A stretch of 64,000 nucleotides of DNA from Azolla caroliniana. Lineage: Eukaryota; Plantae; Polypodiophyta. The stretch lies in NCBI GenBank assembly GCA_043228905.1, contig JBHGNT010000007.1, positions 1,550,001 to 1,614,000 of the forward strand, read 5' to 3'. Position numbers and translations under genes: made by a program. How positions within the stretch are numbered: the first letter of the stretch is position 1; each line of letters starts with the position of its first letter. Below the pieces are notes generated by a model. The model was not told where the DNA came from. It searched no databases and was given only the letters and a program-made list of their open reading frames with translations. Below are positions 27,001 to 37,731 of this stretch, piece after piece.

Positions 27001-27308
27001 ACGGCTGCTCTCTCTTCACTCCTCTTGAGTGGAAAAACAGAAAAATGAGTAGCAACATTAAAACTGTTTGCCCTAAGTCATATTTATACACATATGACTT
27101 TAGGGCTATTTACAACTATAGCCTCAAGGGCCCTTGGCAAACATATTCACAGATATGTCCCCGCATCCGGATCTCTCTCCGGGTACATTCGTCATCCGGT
27201 TCCGAAACCGGGGTCTTCATCATCCGGTTCCGAAACCGAAACCGGGCTTGTCGGCATTCATCTTCGGACATCCGACCATCCCATCCGAAAGGGACCGTAA
27301 TCCCAACA
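24023..27308 (-). mobile_element. Young internally deleted Ty1/Copia element C (604-bp LTRs 24023-24626 and 26705-27308)
   Basis: TSD CAGTC; LTRs appear identical by eye; PBS tRNA-iMet 26689-26701; PPT at 24627-24636. Confidence 0.95.
24637..26724 (-). CDS. Intact gag-protease-(GAG-pre-integrase)-RNaseH fusion ORF lacking the integrase core and RT
   Basis: Single 695-aa ORF (true start probably MEGGS at ~26673); junction ...TKSHGGAQYF|ADSDMSADADTSRSTSGY at ~25100. Confidence 0.85.
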   Translation of the reverse strand: MSVDSQQTGIRATAVQKMEGGSNGQPGMMVLNAQNYADWKIKMEDLLIVRDLYEPIDRSEIPKGVLESEWRLLNRKAVATIRQYVDVSVLQHVANDTNAYEMWRKLSGLYERKNALNRTSLMRKIVNLKYRDGESMVEHVSTFMGFVNQLAAIKFPLEDAMQAIILMCTLPESWENLVVTLSTSCTEDNLSLQTVKTSILNEEARRRDKEPASDPKMLFTESDRGRQRNRSPQRREKSGTRSQSRGRPTCFHCGKPGHFRKNCRHYRKDSGADDTDSKKLSDRNGAYRGATDRNGSDRRGQDRKGTTALAASEEEIMLITEEGELNIAGDETTWVVDSGASFHLTPERRYFSSYTVGEHGCVRMGNEGTCRIAGIGDVWLTTSTGCKMLLKDVRHVPEVRLNLISAGRLDDEGYTGSIRNGVMKFSKGSLIVARAPKVNTLYLMNARLCPEELNVAADTAGELWHKRLCHMSEKGMKRLAEDNLIPVKHVHLEKCTDCLAGKQNRTSFHSRPPTRRSAPLELVHTDVCQVETKSHGGAQYFADSDMSADADTSRSTSGYVMTYAGGAVSWQSRLQKTVALSTTEAEYMAAVEAGKEIIWMKDFIRELGIRQEEYRLYCDSQSAIHLAKNAAYHSRTKHIQRRYHWIRERIEDKEFVLTKIHTDENGSDMLTKVLTPDKLEACRKRIGLERHPMPK

Positions 27309-30300
27309 CAGTCTTCATTCCCCGCCGTCGGTTCTTCCTCGGTTTCGGATCGTTCGTCATCGCGGTTCAGGTTAACCGGATCTGGCTCGTCGTCGTGACG
27401 CTTCTTGAACGCTTTGATCCGCTTCCCGGCTACCGGTATCGCCATTCTCGTGTCGTCGAGTTCCACCAGATGGTACGTCCCGTTGTCGTTGGCGCTTTGT
27501 ACCACGTAAGGCCCGAACCACCTTCTTGCGAACTTCCGTGTCGCTCGGTTCTGGTTGTCGAGGCTGCTGTCGTAGACTAACACCCAGTCGCCTTCCTCGA
27601 TCTTCTTTGGTCGGAGCCGGTGCGTTCGGTCGAACCGGGCTTTGTTCCTCGTCCTTGCCACCCGAAGCTTTCTCGCAGCCTGCTCCACGTCCTCCGGTCT
27701 TCGCTCGAGCTATCGTATGCGCGCCGCCAACAGTTCCTCCCGGCTCATCTCGTCTTTCCAGTCCACGGTTGCCCATGAGGAGATCTTACGTTCCATCGGC
27801 ATGATCGGCTTCTGCCCAAACATGAGCTCTGCCGGCATGAATCCGGTTACCGAACTGTGCGTAGTTCGGTCCACCCACAACGCGTAAGGCAACAACCGCG
27901 GCCAATTCCCGACTTGACCTCCGCATGCCCGAACTAACGCCTTGACGATCGGTCCGTGTCCGCGCTCCACCTTCCCATTCGCCTCCGGATTGTACGCAGT
28001 GGTAAGCGAGAGCTTGACTCCTAGCCGGTCGAACAGCTCCTCGGGCTCTTCGGCGTCCAACTCCCCGCGATCAGCCACGATCTTCCCGACGCACCCGTAC
28101 CGGCATATCACGTCCTCGATCAGGAACCGACATACGACCGCGGTCGTTTTGTTCTGAAGGGCTCGGCCTTCCACCTGGTTCGTCGGATCTTCCCGAGCCA
28201 GGACCAGATACCGCATCTGTCCTACTCCCATCGGCATCGTCACCAGATCTACCATCCATTTGAAGTGGATGGTCGGAGGGTACGTAGGGTGAAGCTCGTC
28301 CCGATGTCGAACTGTGGAGTGCATCTGACAGCTCTCGCAAGTTGTCACGAACCGATGCACGTCCCGGTACAGTCCCGACCACCAGTACTTCCCCTTTATC
28401 TTCTCGAACGTGGCCCACGTTCCACGGTGTCCAGCCCAAGGGCTGTTGTGGTAGGCCATCAACAGCTCCTCTTGTTCTTCCCTCATCGCCACCACCCGGA
28501 GCGGGACGCTGTTCCTCTTCTTCGGGTGCTTCCATAAGTATCCGTCCCGGAGAAAGAATCGGTATGCTTTCTTCCGGATCCGGTTGGCCTCGTCCCTCGT
28601 CCATGACGCATCCGGCGTCATTGTCCTCAAAAAACCACCGATCTGTAGCCACTCGCCGTCGTACTTGCTCTCGTCGAAGCCGTTAAGTGCCGGAGTGCTC
28701 GCCCCATCGGTCGTCACGTACGCCGCCTCGAAGAAGTCCACGCCGACTTCTTCATCCTCCGAAACCATGCCGCCCTCGTCATCAAACCTCGCCCTCGAAA
28801 GCATGTCGGCCATGGCGTTGTCCTTTTCGGAAATGTGTCGTATTTCCGGGTCCAGGGACTTGATGTACGCTATCCACCTGAGCATCGCCAGGTCCGGTGT
28901 CGCGCATCCGGAGACCATGCCGAGAATTGGCAGGCAATCCGTCTCGATAATCACTTCTGTCCCGATCAGGTAGTCTTTGTCGGCCTTTACTGCCGAAACG
29001 ATACCCCAGAGTTCGCGTTTAACCTCGGCGTACCCTCGCTGTCGCTCACTGAGGACCTTTGCACCGAATCGGATCGGGAACCGAATGCCGTCCTCGTCTT
29101 ATTGGTTGACGACCCATCCGATCCCGGTCGGACTCGTATCCACCGTTATGTATACCGGGGTACCCTTCTCGTAGACAGCCTTCCGGAGCGCCGGTGCTGC
29201 CGCAAGAGCTTCCTTCAGCTTTCGGACTGACTCCGTGTGCTCGTCTCGCCACTCGAATTTTCGCCCTTTCTTCAGCAACCCGTATAGCGGCTCCGCAATG
29301 TGGGCGTAATGCGGGATCCATATGTGGTAGAATGCGCACGCCCCCAGGAACCTCCGAAATTCCGTAACCGAGCTACAATCGGTCTTCATCGCGGAGATGG
29401 CTTCTACTTTTGCCGGAGACGGCTTCTGGCCATATGGTCCACATAGGTGTCCGACCACCAGGATTTCTGATTGCCCGAAGGCCGATTTCTCCCCAGAGAA
29501 GGTGAGCCTCGCAACCTCTAGCCTTTGTAGCACCTTCTCGCAGTCGTCGATGTGTGTTGCCACGAATCGCCGGCATCTGTCCGGTCCGAGTGTCTTGTCC
29601 TTCTCTTCCACCGGGCACCCCTTGATCAGGATGTCGTCTAGAAATGGCATGGTGATGTCCGGGATGCAATCCCTCAGTACCTTGTTCATTGCATTCACCA
29701 TGTGGGCCACCGAGTTGGTCCCTCCTTGTGGCAGGGCACACATTCGCACTAGGCCGAGGGGAGTTCGCATCGTCGTAATGTCTCTGCTCTCCACGGCTAG
29801 CTGGAACTGGTCGTACCCCGAGTACAGGTCACAGACCGAGTAAATCGACCTTCCGGCGAAGGCCTCAGCGAACTCGTCTATGGTCGGTCCGATTCCTGCG
29901 TTCCGAATGGTCACTCTGTTGACCGGCTGCAGGTCTTGAATGAAGCGCAATGTTCCGTTTTTCTTTGGTACGGTAAACCACCGGTTCGAGTATGGGGCAC
30001 TTGACGGTTCGAGAATGCCCATATCGACTTTCTGCCTCAATAGCTCCATCAACTTCGGGATGTGAGCTCTCGGTACTGGAATCGGCTTGAGATTCCATGG
30101 TACATGCGGTACCGTGAATATCACCATCGGCTCCATGATTGTCGGGTCTACGCACCCGATCTCTTCCAGTGAGAATGCGAAGGCTTTCCCGTGCCTTCCG
30201 AGCATCCTCCGAAACCGGTCTTCCTCCGCCGGCAGTAGGAACCCGCCCCCACCTATTTTGAGCTCTCGGAGCGTCCCGTCGATGAAGGTGTGTCCTATGC

Positions 30301-33300
30301 GGACCGGATCTCGTAAACTGGGGTCCGACGCAACCCCTCTGATCCGGGACTCGCTGCCCTCCGGTAAGGGTGCCGCGACTGGCCTTACCTTCCGGTCCAC
30401 AGTCTTGTACTTCGTGCTAACTCGGGCCGTCCGATCCGACTCGAGCCCCTGACTGAAGTTCGTGATGACTTCATACATCTCTTCTGAACATACCGGTATC
30501 GTCCGGTCTTCGTTAAGGTCTTCTCCGACTACCTTCCTCAGCATCCCCAAGGTGTCGTCGAAGGAGACCGCCTCCACGGCTCCGCTGATTTCCTCGTCCG
30601 GGCCGAGAACTCTGCACGCTCGAAGTCGCACTTCCGCCCTTGCCTTTTTTCGGCCAACGATGCCGACTATCATACACCCTCCGTTGTTGGAGAAGCAAAA
30701 TTTTTTACTTATCGTACAGGGTTTCTTCGGTTTCGATTCTATCGTACAGCTGTGGGGTCTTTCCCGAGTGTCTGGACTGTCTCGGCCCCACGCCTTGGTA
30801 GCCCTCTCTAAAAATCCTCGCGGTTCTCGCCACCGAGGGATTCACAGTTTCGCTCGTGGTTCGGTCGTACCGTCAGAAATTGGACCGAATGGCGCCTGTC
30901 CTGGCTTTTGACCCTCGCGTAGGCCGAACCGTTGTCTAGCACCTTGGTCTCCATCCGCGCCGCTGTGATGTATGGTTCCCCTAATATGACCGGGTGTGAG
31001 GATGTCTCCTGTACGAAGAAGTGCTGGTCAATCTCGACGTCGCCAATCTTGACTCGCACGTTCGGGCAGGCCCCGTGCAGTTCCTCGGTGGCGCGCGTCG
31101 CCGCCCGTATCTTCCACCCGTGCTTGGTGTTGATCGGCCACTTTCCCTTCTTATAGAAGTCCATGGACATCAGGTTTATTTCCGAACCGTGGTCCACCAG
31201 TGCCACCACCGGTTCCTGAACACCTCTGATCTTTACCGGGGTCTCCGTGGTCGCTCGAGCCCAGTGTGGCCTCGAATAGTGGCTCTCCGCCCACTCATCT
31301 TCCAGCGCCAAGTTGTCGATGTGCGTCGTCCGCACCTCCACCGGTCTTTCCGGTTCCGTCTCCGTCGACAGCCTCTTCCGCTTCACCAAGTCCACAATGG
31401 AGTCGTGGAACTCCTTCTTAGCGATCCCTAGCACCTCCCGCAATGACAGCTCCACTTTGCTATCGAGGATCCGTTCTTCTAGGACCTTTCGTAGGTCTGT
31501 GGTCCTTTCTATTTCCGTCCCCAATCGGTATCCGCCCTTCCTGGGGTTATCTTGCGCGCTGGACCCACCGGCTTCGTTCCGTCGTTGCCCGAATCGGGTC
31601 TCATATCGTTGTGAGGGCCCGACCGATCCGGCTTTCCCCACTTGTTTGTCTTCTACCAGAGCCTCATAGTTCCGGCAGGCGGCTTCTACGAAGCCCGTCT
31701 TCTCCTCGACTGGGTCGCTCCACCCGGTTATTTCCCGGACCCGTCTCTCAGCACGGTCCGCTTCATCTTTCCTCAGCCGTGCGCCGGCGAGGCCTTCCAG
31801 CATTGCCGACCAGAATCTGTCTTTGCTCTCCTTTCGGGCCTCGCTGCCCCCGACCCGAATACCGGCCGACGCCGAGTAGTGGATGGCCTCCACGTGTCGG
31901 GCCGCTGCCTCTTCCATCAGTCTCTTCATACCTCCTCGCCCGTCGTTCCGGTTTAGGGCCCTTCTGGTATCGCCGGTGTGCACCCGGCCTTCCCATAGGT
32001 ACACCACCCGGTTCCTCAACGCCTCTGCGAAATCGCCGCAGTCCTTCCGAATGTGGCCGACCTCGTCGCACCACATGCACCTGTTCCCTGCTGCCGGCCG
32101 TCGGTCACGAGCCGGTTCGCCGCCTTCCCTTCGAGTCTAGGCGATCTGGAGATCCTTTATCGCCCGCGTCAACTCCTCCAGCGCTGCTCCTCCGGACGAG
32201 TCATTGACCATGCCGGTCGGAGCCGAACCGGTTTCGAGCCACTCCCGGGTCTCTGCCCTTCGCCCTTGCGGTGCCGGTTCAAGCCTCCTTGCTGTGACAG
32301 AGCCCGCACCGGCCGCCCCGTTGTCAGCCCATTCTCGCCGTTTGTCGAAACGGCCACAGACTCTCTTAACCGCAGCCCAGTCGGTCGTCAGCCCTTCTTC
32401 GGTTTCTAGCAAGGAGCCGACTTGATCCCGGTCCCGCTCGTCCACCGACTTGACGAACAGTAGGACCCGGCTCATATCCAGAACGGTTCGGTCAAGCGCC
32501 GAAAGGCGCGCAAAGGTCCGACCCCTTCATCTTCTGCTCTTCTGCCGCCTCCTTCACGCCGGGTTCACCAAGATGTCGAGGTATTCCTCGCGGATGCGTG
32601 GAATGAGGCGGGGCCTCGGGGGTCTTGTACCGAAGAGCAAGAGACAAAGGAGAAGGGAAGGGACCCACTACGTGTGGGCGTAGATTCACAGGGACACGGC
32701 CCTTCGACACAATGACGCGAGTGGGACACCGACGCAGAGAGACACGAATGTATGTATATATATATTAACAAGGACAAACAACAAGAAGCACGAAGTCGGT
32801 TACAACCGAACAGGCCGGCGAACAGATGCCGATGCCTGTTCGTAAACGCTCAGAAAGAAAGGAGTAGGTTGGAGGTGCTGCCGGAAGCACTCGGGCATTC
32901 CTCAGAGCAGCGCGAGCCTCCCGAAAAACCTGCACAGGAAGAAGCTACGGAGTATGGAAGAGAGAGAAGCCTTCGGCCGACAACCCGACATCACTTCGTC
33001 CTCTCTAACCGCGATCCCCCTTTTCCTCCTCCCCGTCTCCCTCCTTTTATAGGCAAGAAAGGAGCCGTTTCCCATTAACTTCCTACCTACCGAATCTACC
33101 TACCTAGGATCTTCTATGTACCTAATTCTCTCTTATGTACAACATAAGGCGTACATGCATGAAGAGCCGGTTCCTACGCTCCGGTGCACCGATTCCGCTT
33201 GTGGACGGTTTTCTTCACGACAGCGCGTAATAACGCGACATCTTTGGTGAACCCGACGTGAAAGGCGGAGATGGTGGCCGAAGTGGTGTTGGAGTCAGCA

Positions 33301-34479
33301 CGAATGGTGATGAGGCGAGAAGCAGCGCAACAAGCGGTTGGGCGAGTGGTCGAAAGAGTCGGCCGTTTCAACGGGGACAAAGTCCCATCTTACTTGGAAG
33401 CCTACAACGCGGAAATGGAGGAGCGTGGCGTAGACGAGGCGTTGAGGCTGGAGTTCTTCTGCCGGGTCGTAGCGGTCCGGATGCATGCGGAAGTAAAGTA
33501 GCTCTGTGAGGCTCATAGTTCGTGGGAGGCCTTCGAAGAGGCGCTCCTGAAAGCATACGGAGGACGGCGGAAGAGCCGGGGACGGCACCACTTCGACCAA
33601 TGGGTAGCATCGGCAAATACCCACCGGGGTGCGACGAAGGCGTTCTGGGAGTTTGAGTGACGACTTGCTCGGCTCCCAGAGCGGGAACAAGGTTTGGTGG
33701 GGGCGGACAAAGTCCTTTTGTTCGTCAGGTCGATCAACCGAGCGGAACGGGAAGCCATCGAGATTGAGCTCGAAGATGATGATGGAGCGAATGGGCTTAC
33801 GGAGGACTGGTCGAGGGTCGGAAGGGTGTGCCAAAGGCTAGACAACGAGCGAGCCGAGAAGGCTAAGAGGAAGGTACGTGACGGCGTGCCATCACAGCGG
33901 GAAGAGGCCGAACGGTAGGGAGAGTCGGCAAGGGTCGGCGTTGGGGCCAGGATTGCGGAGGCGTACGCAGCGCTCAAAGCGATGCTCGAGGAAGAGGGGA
34001 AAACCGAAGCCAAAGAAGGGCTTATTATGGAGTCGGGCCGGAGGCGATCGGAGGATGAGGAGGCCGAAAGAGAAGGGTACGACGGTACCACAGGAGAGGG
34101 CGCGGGACGAGCCACCCTCTCGACTTGCGGAAATAGAACGGCCAAGGACGAGGCCGAGATACCGATCGTGGAACCGGAACGTTGGGACTAGCGGTTTCGG
34201 GCGTGTCAGCCCGAGATCCCGGTCATTGAAGAAGCAAGCCCAGACGGGGCTTGCGCGATCGGTAAGAAGTCGAACACCGACCACGGAGAGCCGGTGGCTA
34301 CGGACAAGGGCGTAAAACGGACGGGCGATTCCTTGTTTCTTCCCACGCTTGCTCCAGAGACGATGGCAGTCGGGCCCGAGTGCCCACGTGAGTCCCAAGC
34401 GGAGGAAGGCGGCGGCGAAAGGGCGAGAGTCACCGGCGAGACAATACAGGGAAGGAGCGGACGAAAGCCCACGGACCCG

Positions 34480-35490
34480 ATTCCGGAGAACTCGGCAATT
34501 GGGCCCGTATGCCCATATAAGACCGAGGAGATGGATGGCGGTACCGAGGAGTCCTGGCACGATGCCAGCGAAGACGGTTGGGAAACGGCCTGCGAGGAGG
34601 CCGAGGACGGACACGGCACGGGAAGATTGGCATTCCGATACGGGTGGAGCGTGATCCGGTCGTGGATCATTCGATCGGGGCCGGACTTGGCATGAAAGTG
34701 CCGATAAGGAAGGGGGTGCGGGACGAGCCGCCCTCTTTTACATGGGGAGAAAGACCGACCGGGCGAAGGTCGAGATTACGGACGAGAATCGGGCGGAGCA
34801 GACTCCCGGATAACCATCGCGGGAGGGAGGAAGGGAGCAGGCCTACGAAGAGGCCGAGGACACAGTACGTCGGTACCACGGGAGAGGGTGCGGAGTAAAC
34901 CGCCCTCTCGGCATGCGGAAAAGGACGACCCGGGACAGGGTCAAGAAGACGGATGGGGGCGCCTACAGAGGATCCTTCACACCGGTTCTAGAGACTTCGG
35001 CAGTCAGCAATGCGGTCGACGTAAGACCAAGATACTGACGGTGGCGGCGAGGTGATGAAGGCAGGGGCTACGGAAGGGCGGTCTACGGAGGATCCTTCAC
35101 ACCGGTTCTAGAGGCTTCGGCAGTCGGCAACGCGGTCGACGTAAGACCAAGATATTGACGGTGGCGGCGAGGTGACGAAGACAATGGGCATAAGGAAGTC
35201 CGGTCCTACGGGATCCCCACGCTTAACCAAAAACTCCGGCAGTTCGGCCAACATGGCAACATGAGACTGAGAGAGAAGGTTGGTGGCGGCGGGAAACTGG
35301 ACCTGGCTACACGGAAGGCACGAGGAGAGTCTGGGAGGGACTCAAACAAAAGACACCCGACTTTCGGCAAGCATAGAAACGGAGTCCGGTCCTATGGGAC
35401 CCTCACACTGATCCGGAGACTCCGGTAGTTCGGCCTACGTGGCAACGTGAGACCGAGGGAGAAGGACGGTGGCGGCAGGGAATGGGACCC
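34480..35490 (+). repeat. Degenerate ~120-bp tandem repeats in the internal region of element A
   Basis: GGATCCTTCACACCGGTTCTAGAGACTTCGGCAGT...GTAAGACCAAGATACTGACGGTGGCGGCG at ~34970 and ~35090, with variants at ~35210 and ~35397. Confidence 0.75.
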
Positions 35491-37731
35491 GACGACACGA
35501 GGTATCGGAAGGAGCCGATAGGGGTTAAAATGGGGAGGTGTGTCAGGCTGGAAAGGCACACCTTGGGCAGAACAAGAGTCTCGCAAGTGGCCATCGCGGG
35601 CCGGATCGAAGCGTGACTACGGGACGGTGCTCGGTGCGGGCGGGGCCGAACGAAGGAAGCGGAAGGCGGCACAAGGGAGGTGCCGAGAACGAAGTGACAA
35701 GTGCCTAGTGGACTGCACAGGGTCGAATCAGGATGGCAAGAGAGGCCGGAGGAGGATCCTCCACATTCGCTTCGTAGATCTCGGTAGCTCCATCGAAGTA
35801 ACGAAGACTGACACAACAAGCCGGGGTGACAAGTTGGTGGGGGCGAGGGGACGACGGCAAGCGGAAGACTCAGAACCTGTTGCGGCAGCACGAAGACGGG
35901 AAGGGCCAAGCGGGCTACTACTGGGTGTTCCTCGGGCGGCAGAGGACACCGGTATGCGGGTGAACAACGATGCACGATCTGGCCGGAAAGGGGCCGATGA
36001 GGAGTGCAACACGGGCAGTGCCAAACAACGGGCGAGGGAACATGGCACACGAAGGTGCCGAAGCGGAAAGGCGAGCGCGGAGATAGGTTGTGCGGTTCGG
36101 AGGTAGCGCGAGGAAGGGACCCTCCACACTGTTCCGGAGACCATGGCGGACCATGGAGAAGGAAGGTGGCGGCGGAAGGACGAAGGCGACACGAAACACC
36201 ATCGGGACATCGTGGTTGGACAACGGAAACCAAGCGGGCCACCACGGGCATGCCTCGAACGGAGGACATCGGGCATACGGCGGGAAGCGGGGCGTTCATA
36301 CGGCCGAACAAGGGCCAACGGAAGAACGCGTACTACGGAGATTGCGGCAGAGGACCCATCGACGGGTCGAACGAGCCTACGGGGAGGCGAGCGCGAAGGA
36401 AGGCTCGAAGCCGCCGGATCAAACCGGCAACGAGCCGAGATGCGGATCACGGGAGACCGGTTTCTCACCGGCCGAAATCTCTCACCCTTCAACCAGATTG
36501 GCACGTACCGGTGGACGTGCAGTTAGGTGGGGGCGGATGTCGTGAAGAATTTCGGCCATAGGCGAAAACCGGGAAACATTGGCTACATCGGCGGGGTGCA
36601 GCATGTGAACGTACCCATGTACATTTAGTGTGAATATCGAGGGCGCCTTTATGGCGCCGAAGAGTAGTCAAGTCGGGGCAGACGATCCCTTGTAAGGCGG
36701 GATTTGTCCCACATTGTAACGCATCCCTTTCCTTGTTCTATAAAAGGAAGGGAACGCCCTTTGTGAAAGGGTTGCCCATTTTGGATTAGAGGGTATACCG
36801 GTAGGTTTAGGGTTAGGGTTCTTTTGCTTCTTCTTCTTCTTCCCCTTCGTGTTCGTTTAGGGTTGGCTGCAGCTTATCTCCTGTGCAAGACCCCGCCCGG
36901 GTCGGGTCGGCACGTGAGTCGGTGTTAAGCGCGCACTCCCTCTCTTTCTCTCTCCCTTCGGTCGCTTCTGAGATGCCCTGGGAACGGTGAAGCCGACTTC
37001 CTACACTCCATCACTCCCTAGTCCAAGACCCCCGTGGTCTCGCCTTTCTCCACGCACGCGCGTAATAACGCGACAACGTAGTGTGTGGAATACACTACGA
37101 CACCGGGTCTTCCATTGTCCGGTACGCCACATCCGGTTCTCACTGGGTCTTCCGTTGTCGGGTACGCCACATCCGGTTCTCACTGGGTCTTCCGTTTCCG
37201 AGTACTCCACATCCGGTTCTTCTCACTTCCCATCCGGAGGGACCTATTTCCTAACATAAAAGACCCTGCGTATATAAAGGGCAGAAAAACTATTATAGAT
37301 CATAGTACTAATGTAAGCTTAAGATAAGGATAATGAAAAGATAGATAGAAAGGAGAAAGAGAAAGAAGGGTGCCGATCCACCCGACCACCCCCGAGCGAA
37401 GGGATCGAGACGGACTCGAGCCTCGATCGGCGTCCCATACCACCGCCGTGGCGTCGAGTCGTACCTGGTGCTGGCGCGCTCGCTACAAGAGTTGACCCAC
37501 CACACGAGCAGAGTCTCGATGTAGTCAAAAGATGATCAAATGAGGGTAGCTAGGCCTCTTATTTATAGCGATATCCAAGGCCCCCAGGCAAGTTCACACT
37601 TGACCTAATGGGTTGTCTCAATCCCGAGGATTAAAAGTAATCCTCCCCTTCTTTACACTCTCATTTAACCCTCACACTTATCCACGTGTATAGAATACTA
37701 CCGTAAATTCTTACCACGGGATATTATATGG

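Larger units (their letters stand above)
23377..33222 (-). mobile_element. Ty3/Gypsy element B, tRNA-Trp primed (LTRs 23377-23951 and 32574-33222)
   Basis: TSD GCGC; PBS 32554-32570; same PPT as A; gag CCHC, protease LVDHGSE, RT FLDD, RNaseH and integrase (ORFs 27116-32475) with a few stops; N-terminal gag deletion; 74-bp deletion in the left LTR between CCTAC microhomologies. Confidence 0.92.
22633..37075 (+). mobile_element. Non-autonomous gag-only Ty3/Gypsy element A (5' LTR 22633-23376 + 33227-33240; 3' LTR 36538-37075)
   Basis: TSD ACGT; PBS TGGTGAACCCGACGTGA (33245-33261, complementary to the plant tRNA-Trp 3' end); PPT GTTAGGTGGGGGCGGA; degenerate gag at ~33270-33920; no pol motifs; the 3' LTR has a ~220-bp deletion. 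Confidence 0.85.
21935..37102. mobile_element. AT-rich solo LTR-like element E (~720 bp net: 21935-22632 + 37080-37102)
   Basis: TGTCGT...ACGACA inverted termini; 4-bp TSD CCGG within D's 40-bp repeat. Confidence 0.75.
16560..37256 (-). mobile_element. Ty1/Copia element D (3' LTR 16560-17321; 5' LTR 21387-21934 + 37103-37256)
   Basis: TSD TAAAA on both sides, PBS TGGTATCAGAGCA (tRNA-iMet, 21371-21383), PPT at ~17322-17333, gag-PR-INT-RT-RH domain order. Confidence 0.92.

Noticed and set aside
24652-31669. Numerous plus-strand ORFs opposite the pol genes
   Set aside because: Antisense shadows of GC-rich retrotransposon coding sequence
35392-36561. Long ORFs on both strands in element A as an env-like or extra gene
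   Set aside because: GC-rich, low-complexity, overlapping frames with no recognisable domain or transmembrane segment
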